NCBI RefSeq assembly: GCF_900111105.1
Contig: NZ_FOGC01000001.1
Coordinates: 162,323-194,322 of the forward strand
Direction: 5' to 3'
Source: Rosenbergiella nectarea
Lineage (GTDB): Bacteria; Pseudomonadota; Gammaproteobacteria; Enterobacterales; Enterobacteriaceae
DNA length: 32,000 nucleotides
The notes below the pieces were generated by a model. That model was not told where the DNA came from and ran no database searches. It saw nothing but the letters and a program-made list of their open reading frames with translations. The position numbers were made by a program, and so were the translations under genes. This document shows positions 16,115 to 24,107 of the stretch, in pieces. The stretch's first letter is position 1; the number at the start of each line of letters is the position of its first letter.

Positions 16115-18442
16115 ATGAAAAACTTTGTATCGGAAACCGCGAGTGCGGCACGGGGTAGCTGGGCGCAGGTTTTCCCTGCGTTGGGCTTAAATCTTATTAA
16201 AAATCGCCATACTGAATGCCCGTTATGTGGCGGTAAAGACCGCTTTCGTTTTGATGATGAAGGCGAGCGTGGAACGTGGATTTGTAATCAGTGCGGTGCG
16301 GGCGATGGGCTGGAATTAGCCTCTAAATACCTGAGTGTTAATATTACCGAAGCTGCCCGCCGAGTGAGAGAGGTTATTGGTGAGTGTGAAGCTAATCCTA
16401 CAACCATAATGCCCACACCTACTCACGATAAAGCGCAATTACAGGCGCAAGCGGCAACGATAGCGCAGGAGATTGTGAGTAGTGCTATTGAGTCGGAGAA
16501 TAGCGCTTATTTAACGCGCAAAGGCTGGCAATCAGTCGTCAGTTTAACATTGACTAAAGCGCAAAAAATCGCCCTCACCCAGTATCGTCGAGGGGATTTG
16601 ATTATCCCTCTGCACAATATGGACGGTGAGCTAGTTAATGTTCAGTTGATTAACACTGAAGGTGAAAAACGCACCTTAAAAGGCGGTCAAATTAAAGCCG
16701 CAAGCCACATCTTAGGTGCCGACAAGCCCGCAAAACGTATTTGGCTGGCTGAGGGCTATGCAACGGCGTTAACCGTGCACAAGCTCACAGGCGAACAAGT
16801 GTGGGTCGCGTTCTCGTCTGCCAACTTCCTTTCTCTGGCTAGCTGCATTAAAGAAAAGCACCCAACGCTACCGCTGATTATTGCCGCTGACAGAGACTTG
16901 AACGAGGTAGGACAGCAGAAGGCTCAAAAGGTGGCGGACGAGTTTAACGCTATGCTGGCATTGCCACCGTTATTTGGTGATTGGAATGATGCCTATATTG
17001 AGAACGGTGCTGAGAGGACGACACAGGCATTACGTCAGGCTATTCTCACTCAAAAGCAAAGCCCTTTTGAAGTCATGAGTTCTTCGGAGTTTACTGCGAT
17101 GAGTGTTGATGCGAAAGCCACAGCCATTGCAGAGCATTACCACAATAACCTTGCGATTGATGAAAGTGGCGAGATACTCAGCCGCTATGAAGGGGGCGCA
17201 TGGAAAGTGATTACCGGAAATCAATTTGAACGCGATGTTGTGCAACTCTATCAAGCGATTGGCGCATCGTTCTCAGCAGGTAAAATTTCTGCGTTGATTA
17301 GTACGCTAAAACTCATTCTACCTCAGCAGAAAGCCCCTTCACGCCAACTGATTGGCTTTCTTAATGGTGTCCTTGATACCCAATCCGGCACATTCAAACC
17401 GCATCAGCGTCAAAACTGGTTGCGTACCGTCAATAATGTCGCCTACACCACGCCATTACCCGAAGAGTCGATAGAAAGTAATGCGCCTCATTTTTGGAAA
17501 TGGTTAAACTTCGCCGCCGCAAACAACACAGTTAAGCGTGATGTTATTTTAGCGGCCTTATTTATGGTGCTCGCTAACCGCTATGATTGGCAGTTATTCC
17601 TTGAGATAACGGGACCAGGCGGCACGGGTAAAAGCCTGTTAAGTGAAATAGCCACTATGCTGGCAGGTAATGACAACACCTTCTCAGCAAAAATCGAAAA
17701 CTTGGAGCTATCGCGCGAACGTGCGCCAATCGTGGGGCGTTCACTCATACTGTTACCTGACCAAGAGAAATGGTCAGGTGATGGCGCAGGGATTAAAGCG
17801 ATAACAGGGGGCGATGCCGTGTCGGTTGACCCTAAATATAAAGATGCGTATTCCGCTCACATTCCAGCGGTTATCATCGCCAGTAATAATAACCCGATGC
17901 GATTTACCGATCGCAGCGGAGGTATTTCACGCCGTCGAGTGATATTACATTTCGCACAGATAATTCCTGCCCGCGAACGCGATCACCAACTCGCCGACAA
18001 AATCCGTGAAGAGCTACCTATCATCGTTCGCCAGCTAATGAAACGTTTTGCTGATCCCAATCAAGCAAAAACCCTGTTACAGAATCACCAAAACTCACCG
18101 GAGGCGATAGGCATTAAGCGTGAAGCCGATCCAATGGCTGATTTTTGCGGCTACCTCTTTTCTACGCCGGAAGCAACTGGGCTTTATATGGGCAATGCGA
18201 GTATTAGACCGATGCAGCCAAGACGCTACCTCTATCACGCTTACTTAACCTTTATGGAAGCGAATAACTTTCGTAATCCGTTAAGTATGAAGAGTTTTAG
18301 CCAAGCATTAGAGAGTATCTTGCGCGAATATGGGTTTAAGTATGTTAGTCGCCGGACAAAGAACGGTATACAGACGAATTTAGACCTGAAAGAAGAGAGC
18401 AACGGCGATTGGCTGCCGAAATGCGATGAACCCATGTTGTAG
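16115..18442 (+). CDS. P4 alpha-type bifunctional DNA primase / replicative helicase
   Basis: 775 aa. It has an N-terminal zinc ribbon CPLCGGKDRFRFDDEGERGTWICNQCG, a Toprim-like region (WLAEGYATAL...IAADRD) and a C-terminal P-loop helicase (ITGPGGTGKSLL, LLPDQE). Size and order match P4 alpha (777 aa). Confidence 0.92.
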   Translation: MKNFVSETASAARGSWAQVFPALGLNLIKNRHTECPLCGGKDRFRFDDEGERGTWICNQCGAGDGLELASKYLSVNITEAARRVREVIGECEANPTTIMPTPTHDKAQLQAQAATIAQEIVSSAIESENSAYLTRKGWQSVVSLTLTKAQKIALTQYRRGDLIIPLHNMDGELVNVQLINTEGEKRTLKGGQIKAASHILGADKPAKRIWLAEGYATALTVHKLTGEQVWVAFSSANFLSLASCIKEKHPTLPLIIAADRDLNEVGQQKAQKVADEFNAMLALPPLFGDWNDAYIENGAERTTQALRQAILTQKQSPFEVMSSSEFTAMSVDAKATAIAEHYHNNLAIDESGEILSRYEGGAWKVITGNQFERDVVQLYQAIGASFSAGKISALISTLKLILPQQKAPSRQLIGFLNGVLDTQSGTFKPHQRQNWLRTVNNVAYTTPLPEESIESNAPHFWKWLNFAAANNTVKRDVILAALFMVLANRYDWQLFLEITGPGGTGKSLLSEIATMLAGNDNTFSAKIENLELSRERAPIVGRSLILLPDQEKWSGDGAGIKAITGGDAVSVDPKYKDAYSAHIPAVIIASNNNPMRFTDRSGGISRRRVILHFAQIIPARERDHQLADKIREELPIIVRQLMKRFADPNQAKTLLQNHQNSPEAIGIKREADPMADFCGYLFSTPEATGLYMGNASIRPMQPRRYLYHAYLTFMEANNFRNPLSMKSFSQALESILREYGFKYVSRRTKNGIQTNLDLKEESNGDWLPKCDEPML

Positions 18443-18448
18443 TATCTG

Positions 18449-18472
18449 AACCGGCGAAAGCCGGTTTTTTTT
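18449..18472 (+). terminator. Rho-independent terminator after the alpha gene
   Basis: Hairpin CCGGC-gaaa-GCCGG (18451-18464) followed by a T8 run (18465-18472). Confidence 0.85.
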
Positions 18473-18498
18473 ACCTGCTTTAAAAGGTGTAGGATGAT

Positions 18499-18569
18499 TG
18501 TTCACTCTTCACCTCATTGTTCACCCTTTAACGTCATGAAAAATATGAATAAATCACCAAAGGTGAACA
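18499..18569. repeat. P4-type replication iteron cluster (ori-like)
   Basis: TGTTCACT at 18499-18506, TCTTCACC at 18506-18513, TGTTCACC at 18518-18525, and the inverted GGTGAACA at 18562-18569. The cluster is flanked by GTGTAGGAT copies at 18487-18495 and 18572-18580. Confidence 0.7.
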
Positions 18570-18775
18570 GTGTGTAGGATTTTTCATAAAAAAAACTAAT
18601 TTTTTTATTTTTTCTATCAAAACACATATCCGGTATTTGAAATTGTCTTCTCAAATGGGATTCAAGCTAATAGGTCACATTTGTTATAAGAAAATTGCAG
18701 GGGGCACATTAAGGGGCATATAAAAATAAAAAGAAATTAAAATCGGTTAAATACATATACTTAACCTGTTTTATG

Positions 18776-18793
18776 AGTCCGGCCTTCGCACCA
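18776..18793 (+). repeat. attR of satellite 1 and attL of satellite 2 (copy of the tRNA-Leu 3' end)
   Basis: AGTCCGGCCTTCGCACCA is 8461-8479 minus one G. The downstream sequence is then homologous to the int-upstream region of satellite 1. Confidence 0.85.
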
Positions 18794-18932
18794 ATCACTC
18801 TTCCGGCAACGTCCGAGAAAGTCAAAAAAATCATTTTAAATCATATATTATCATCAGTTCCTCGCCTGAGTATGTCCGAGAAGTTCCGTTGCAATCCAGA
18901 CCCTTCTGGGGGCATATTAACTTCGATGGCAA

Positions 18933-20202
18933 ATGTGCCCCCAAATGAAGCTGAACGCCAGACAGGTAGAGACTGCAAAGCCAAAAGATAAGGTTTATAA
19001 ATTAGCTGATGGTGGAGGGCTATATCTTGAGGTATCAGCGAAAGGTTCTAAATATTGGTGTATGAAGTATCGCCGCCCAACTGATAAAAAAGAAGATCGC
19101 TTAGCTTTTGGGGTGTGGCCTGTTATTACGTTCGCGCAAGCACGAGCGAAACGAGATGAAGCTAAAAAATTAATCAGTCAGGGTATTGATCCCCAAGCAG
19201 AACAGAAAGAGGCTCAATCTGAAAACTCTGGTGCGTATAAGTTTGAGACTATTGCCCGAGAGTGGCATGCCAATAATAAGTGATGGAGCAGTGGCCATAG
19301 CGCCCGCGTTTTGCGATATTTAGAGTTATACATTTTTCCGTTTATCGGCAATGAAGATGTACGCCTACTCAAGACAAGCCATTTATTAGCGCCAATAAAA
19401 AAGTTGATGCCAGTGGTAAACATGATGTCGCACAGCGTTTACAGCAAAGAGTGACGGCAATAATGCGCTATGCAGTACAGAATGACTATATCGATTCAAA
19501 CCCTGCAATGGACATGGCTGGCGCATTGACTACAACCAAGGCTCGCCACTATCCAGCTTTACCCTTCCACAGATTCCCAGAGTTTTTAGAGAGGCTTGCC
19601 CGATACAGAGGTCGCAAGATAACTCGTATTGCAGTTCAGCTATCACTTCTAACCTTTGTAAGGTCTAGCGAGCTTAGATTTGCTTGTTGGTCTGAATTCG
19701 ATTTAGAGCGTGCGTTATGGCGCATTCCTGCAAAGCGTGAAGAAGTGGAGGGTATTCGCCATTCTCACCGTGGGATGAAAATGAAGGAAGAGCATATAGT
19801 CCCTCTTAGCACACAGGCCCTCGCTATACTCTATGAGCTTAGACAGATTAGTGGTGATAACCCTCGTTTATTTTCGGGGGATCATGATGCAAGAAAAGTG
19901 ATGAGCGAAAATACGGTTAATACTGCGCCTCATACAATGGGTTACGACACCAAAACCGAAGTTTGCGGACACGGTTTTAGAACTATGGCGAGAGGAGCTA
20001 TAGGGGAATCAGGTTTATGGACTGGTGACGCTATAGAGAGGCAACTCAGCCATACGGAACGCAATAATGTTAGAGCGGCTTATATTCATACTTCTGAGCA
20101 TTTAGAAGAACGCGTTTAATGGTGCAGTGGTGGGCTGATTATTTATCCAGTATTACAAATAAATACTTAACGCCTTACGAATTTGCAAAAAAAAGCGCGT
20201 AA
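18933..20202 (+). pseudogene. P4-type integrase pseudogene
   Basis: Collinear with 8630-9895 at high identity but carries three lesions. CGA is changed to TGA at 19281-19283. An A7 run is shortened to A6 at 19397-19402 (a -1 frameshift; A7 in the intact copy at 9094-9100). A 1-nt deletion creates a TAA at 20117-20119, while the remaining C-terminal coding sequence continues to 20202. Confidence 0.92.
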
Positions 20203-20345
20203 CTGGTTTTGTACCGTCCTTTTCAGTTTATTATTGTGTAGATAATCCTACAAGCCCTAGGGCATGAATTAGGTAAGTAAAGGCGTTAGTTTTGTCCTGA
20301 CCGCGGCACAATTAACGCTTATTCTTATTCACAGTGAGAAATTAT

Positions 20346-20588
20346 ATGAGCAAAACCCTCAATGGCGTTCCTGACGCTTCCGCCCTTGTCGAGGGTGTTA
20401 GCGCTACGGAGTGCTTTACATTTGGTGATCCCATTCCAGTACTCGACAGAAGAGAGTTACTTGATTACGTCGAATGCGGGCGATATGAGCATTGGTATGA
20501 GCCACCTATCAGTTTTGACTGGTTAGCCCGCACATTCCGCAGCGCCGTGCATCACAGCTCACCGATTCAAGTAAACGTAATATTTTAA
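20346..20588 (+). pseudogene. N-terminal fragment of a P2-like (PBSX-family) phage portal gene
   Basis: CFTFGDPIPVLDRRELLDYVECGRYEHWYEPPISFDWLARTFRSAVHHSSPIQV matches the conserved portal N-terminus as recalled. The ORF ends after about 80 aa, where the composition drops to AT-rich. Confidence 0.6.
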
Positions 20589-20768
20589 TCGGACTAACTA
20601 ACCAGCCTTTAGAATTTTTTCACATGAAAGGAGATTATGCCTAGAAAAAAGATTTCAAGATGCCTATTAATTTTTTTAAAAAAAACCTTCAAATTCCCGA
20701 TCAAAATCAATGAAGTGCCAAAAAAAGTTCGTAGTATGTTTGACTCTGAATAGATAAAGGATGAAAAA

Positions 20769-21416
20769 ATGCTAGGACCAGAAAAAGGAATGCTGACATT
20801 CAAGGCTGAAGGCAATAATTTAAAATCAAGTAGGGATTATTCAAGAATCATACACTGGCCTGGAAGCTCATTATCATGCAAAAAGAATAACTCAGGGGTC
20901 ACTATTGGTAGAGGGTTTGATCTTGGTGATAGAACAAAGGTAGAGGCATTAATAATTTTAAAAAAAGCGGGGATAGAAAAAGAAAAAGCAGAATTCATAG
21001 CTGAAGGTGCGAAATTAAAAGGATGTTTAGCTAATAACTTTGTTGCTAACCAAAGGAATGCTATTAATGAAATTACGGAAAGGCAGCAATTAAATTTATT
21101 AATTATAAACTACAATGAATCAAGAAAAGACGTTGAGAGAATATGTAAAAGTATATTCACAATACAAAAGTACCACTCAAAACCTAATACATCACCAGCT
21201 GAAGCCTGGGGTAACATCCCAGATAAAATAAAAGAAGTACTAGTAGACTTACGCTTCCGTGGTGACTACAGCAAAAGAACCAGAAAGTACATACAAAAAT
21301 TGGCATACGATGGAGACATAAAAGGATTCGGGAAAGTGATCTCAGATAGGAAAGTTTGGGTTGAAGTTCCGTATGACAGGTTCAAAAGAAGGATTGATTT
21401 TTATGAAAATGAATAA
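20769..21416 (+). CDS. Pesticin-C-terminal-like (T4-lysozyme-fold) muramidase; candidate antibacterial effector
   Basis: 215 aa. FKAEGNN...NNSGVTIGRGFDLGDRTK parallels pesticin GFEGFN...STGVTFGSGVDLGQRSK (catalytic Glu plus the Gly-rich turn). There is no N-terminal delivery or receptor-binding domain and no signal peptide. Confidence 0.6.
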   Translation: MLGPEKGMLTFKAEGNNLKSSRDYSRIIHWPGSSLSCKKNNSGVTIGRGFDLGDRTKVEALIILKKAGIEKEKAEFIAEGAKLKGCLANNFVANQRNAINEITERQQLNLLIINYNESRKDVERICKSIFTIQKYHSKPNTSPAEAWGNIPDKIKEVLVDLRFRGDYSKRTRKYIQKLAYDGDIKGFGKVISDRKVWVEVPYDRFKRRIDFYENE

Positions 21417-21756
21417 TGCGATTCTCTTTTTGTTAATATATTCGTTTAATGTTTGTGCAGCTTTTACAGAACCAGAAATGAGTCAATTAGCAGAGATAAA
21501 TAAAAATTCCATTGAAAAAACAAAAAGGGAGAAAAAAAATCTCGAATTGATCATAATAAAAACAATAAAAAACCTCCCAGAACAAAAGAATAAAATAATT
21601 GACCTGAATAAATCATGGAGCGAAACCATTAATAAAAAATGTAAGCTTTCAATATTTGAGTCAATAAATACAGACGCAGAAATAGCAGAGGAAAACTTAT
21701 GTTTATACTCTGAATACAAATTAGAAGCGGATTTCTTTGACGGTTTGAATTATTAA
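21403..21756 (+). CDS. Periplasmic LprI/DUF1311-like protein; candidate cognate immunity (lysozyme inhibitor-like)
   Basis: The ATG at 21403 overlaps the muramidase gene's end by 14 nt. It has a signal peptide MKMNNAILFLLIYSFNVCAA, and LNKSWSETINKKC...EENLC fits the DUF1311 W...C...C pattern. Confidence 0.55.
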   Translation: MKMNNAILFLLIYSFNVCAAFTEPEMSQLAEINKNSIEKTKREKKNLELIIIKTIKNLPEQKNKIIDLNKSWSETINKKCKLSIFESINTDAEIAEENLCLYSEYKLEADFFDGLNY

Positions 21757-22516
21757 TTGACAATGTGAGGTGCGTGAAAAACATCTCATGATTTTTGTAA
21801 AAATACCACTTACTTTCTCAATGCTGTCAGGGTGTAATAGGTTATTGTTAGGTTTTCGATGGAAAAGGTTATCGAGCTTCGATAAATGGACATCATCAGA
21901 TTGGATACACTATCAGGATAGGTGGTTTTAAAACTAAACAGACAAATCATAGTTGGTAACGGCATTTCTTTTAATCTAAATTCGAGTGTGGGGGATTAGA
22001 TGAATAACAGGAAAACTGTTTAAATACCTAAGATATCTGGAAGGCCATTTAAATATATTACAAGTACCGCCCAAATGCTTTATAAAAGATTATATGCGTA
22101 ATCCATTATAACTATACGTCTTCCGCTCTTAAAACCGCTAAAAATGACTTAGATGAATTCTGATGCCATGAATCGTTATATATCCAACTGAGTAGCCGCT
22201 GATTCCATAACTGTATGACAACAAAATATCAAACTATAATATGGCCTTACACCTGCGTTTTCTGCGGAGCGTCAAATCCGGCGCTTTACCCCTCTGCGCC
22301 CGCCCGCCTGCGCACTTCACTTAATAATGCGTTTTTATGCTAAAGCCCATATACCAAGGGTTATAGAGAGAATTTGAGTGCATGAGACTCATGCGTTTTC
22401 ATGCAGCGTAGACATGCACTCACGAAAAAAATGCTAGCCAGAGAAAGGAGGTGTAAAAAAGCCCAATTTATTTGGGCTTGAGGAGAGAATGAGAGTCAGA
22501 ATTGATACCCATTAGA

Positions 22517-22792
22517 TTAGGTTTGAGCGTGTCGGTCAGGTAAATTGAATGATGACCCGTAACGGCCTAATGATTGGCCTTTGCGCATCTGCATTTTCGT
22601 TTCCTCGACTGTTTTCTCCTCCGTTAGCCGTTCAGGCTTGCTGATAATTTTCTCTACATTTTCCAAAGCCTTAAACGTGCAAGAACAATCGAAATTTGTG
22701 CATTAGTAATAAATCCGCTTCACTGAATCAGATAGATACTGGCTTGAACGGCAATGCGCCATCTGTAAACAAAAAGGGCACTTTATCGCCAT
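22517..22792 (-). pseudogene. Ogr/Delta-family activator pseudogene
   Basis: Same length as 13000-13275, but codon 30 is TAA (22705-22703) where the intact copy has CAA. It translates as MAIKCPFCLQMAHCRSSQYLSDSVKRIYY*. Confidence 0.88.
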
Positions 22793-22997
22793 TATTTGCC
22801 TCCTTGCTTCTTCATTGCTCTGCGAGTCTTGATTCTACTTCTTGCAGCAGGTGTTCCCCCTTTATGAAAGTCATAATGAGAAGCTGACTCAGGGTAGTGG
22901 CCTACTAAGGTAAACGCAGGGTCGTTTGGTAACTCGTCGTTACCAAAGGCTCGTGACAAAATTTTACTATTAACAAAATTGGTTAACGCGCTTTTAC
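22792..22997 (-). pseudogene. Psu-like gene remnant (C-terminal ~68 codons only)
   Basis: It translates to ...LTNFVNSKILSRAFGNDELPNDPAFTLVGHYPESASHYDFHKGGTPAARSRIKTRRAMKKQGGK*. Homology to 13275-13481 stops abruptly near 22997. Confidence 0.85.
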
Positions 22998-23209
22998 TGA
23001 TCCTGAATTAAGTCAATTGGCAGGAATAAACCAAAAATACATTAAGGAAGCTAAAGATTCTAAACGCCTGTTAGAAGAAAAAAATACAAGAGACAATTGC
23101 AAATCTCCCAGAGCAAAAGAGCAAGGTAGTCAACTTGAAAAACTCATGGAATAACACAATAGTGAAAATGTCGTCTTTTTATAGTTTAATCACTCAATGC
23201 TATCGTTGA
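22996..23209 (+). pseudogene. Fragment of a second LprI/DUF1311-like immunity gene (no signal peptide, frameshifted)
   Basis: TDPELSQLAGINQKYIKEAKDSKRLLEEK, then after a +1 shift in an A-run, IQETIANLPEQKSKVVNLKNSWNNTIVK. This parallels residues FTEPEMSQLAEINKNSIEK...IKTIKNLPEQKNKIIDLNKSWSETINKK of the 21403-21756 product. Confidence 0.7.
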
Positions 23210-23307
23210 TAGATACCAGTGAGTAATCCTTTTTTCAGTAGTGAGCGACGTATAGGACAGTTTACTTATTAATAATAACGATGATATTGATAAGTTTAAA
23301 CAATCCC

Positions 23308-23742
23308 TCAAAACTCTCTCTCAACAATCAAGTACCCATTGAACCTTACAGAGCACTCATATTTATTTTGTAGGCTAGAAGTAATGAAAGTGTTTTTTTG
23401 ATTTTTTTCATTTCTATAGATATATTTTGCAATGATTACTTCGGTATTGTCTGTAGAGTAACCTTCGATATAATTATTAAGACTGAGTATATGAGTGTTC
23501 AGTTTTTTATAGTCCTCTTTGGCCAGTTGCTCAGCATAAATTTTCGTGATAGGTGATACTGAAATAACCTCAACGCTGACATTTTTCTGGATAATCTGAT
23601 CTCTACTAATATTCATATCCTCAACGATTGCGTCGGTTAACCCTATATACATCGAGGCACCGATTTTAGCGCAGCCAACATTGTTACTGGCGACTGATTG
23701 GGTGGATAACATTACTAAAAGCAGCCCAATAAATTTATTCAT
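23308..23742 (-). CDS. Secreted protein; candidate immunity (Tldi-like) for the upstream Tlde1-like effector
   Basis: 144 aa with a signal peptide MNKFIGLLLVMLSTQSVAS. Its start overlaps the effector stop (TAATG). It is AT-rich. Confidence 0.6.
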   Translation of the reverse strand: MNKFIGLLLVMLSTQSVASNNVGCAKIGASMYIGLTDAIVEDMNISRDQIIQKNVSVEVISVSPITKIYAEQLAKEDYKKLNTHILSLNNYIEGYSTDNTEVIIAKYIYRNEKNQKNTFITSSLQNKYECSVRFNGYLIVEREF

Positions 23743-24107
23743 TACTCAACCTCTAATAAATTATCATTACTGTCAGTTAATAATTTTCTAAAAGCAAAAT
23801 CCAAAATAATACACCCCTCCGAAGCTTCGCCAGGATGTTTTTGACTGTCACCGTGAATCATAAAACCGCTTCGACCACACATCTGATTGGAGGGTGAAGG
23901 CGTCAGTCTCAACGTCAAACGGCCTGTTTTGGGGTGATGGAAAGGTTTACCAATGGTATAAGTGCCTTTAGGAATGGGGCCTTTTGCTTTCACACATTGG
24001 TTGTCACTATTATCTTGGTAGCCGGGACGGCCTGAATATCTTGCTGAAAACCGGTAATATCCATTAAGAAAAAACTGCTTAGTACTGACTCGATATAACC
24101 ATGCCAT
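23742..24107 (-). CDS. Tlde1-family (DUF2778) L,D-transpeptidase-like peptidoglycan effector
   Basis: 121 aa. GPIPKGTYTIGKP...LTPSPSNQMCGRSGFMIHGDSQKHPGEASEGCIIL carries the YkuD-like H-x(n)-GC catalytic signature and the DUF2778 layout. Confidence 0.78.
   Translation of the reverse strand: MAWLYRVSTKQFFLNGYYRFSARYSGRPGYQDNSDNQCVKAKGPIPKGTYTIGKPFHHPKTGRLTLRLTPSPSNQMCGRSGFMIHGDSQKHPGEASEGCIILDFAFRKLLTDSNDNLLEVE

Larger units (their letters stand above)
8461..18793 (+). mobile_element. Integrated P4-like phage satellite (satellite 1, apparently intact, ~10.3 kb)
   Basis: Bounded by AGTCCGGCCTTCGGCACCA (tRNA 3' end, 8461-8479) and its copy AGTCCGGCCTTC-GCACCA (18776-18793). The gene order is int, cargo, cos-like block, delta, psu, iterons, alpA/vis, ash/icd, alpha primase-helicase, iterons. 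Confidence 0.88.
22297..22997. repeat. Diverged duplicate of satellite 1 segment 12764-13481 (cos-like block, terminator, delta, 3' end of psu)
   Basis: Collinear by eye with scattered substitutions and one 17-nt indel (TTTCATGCACCTGTGAT is present only in satellite 1). Confidence 0.9.

Noticed and set aside
22270-22296. Possible degenerate att copy (TCAAATCCGGCGCTTTACCCC versus tRNA TCAAGTCCGGCCTTCGGCACC) just left of the satellite 2 cos-like block
   Set aside because: Only about 14 of 21 positions match. It is in the wrong place for an attR given the int-cargo-cos order, so it is most likely chance.
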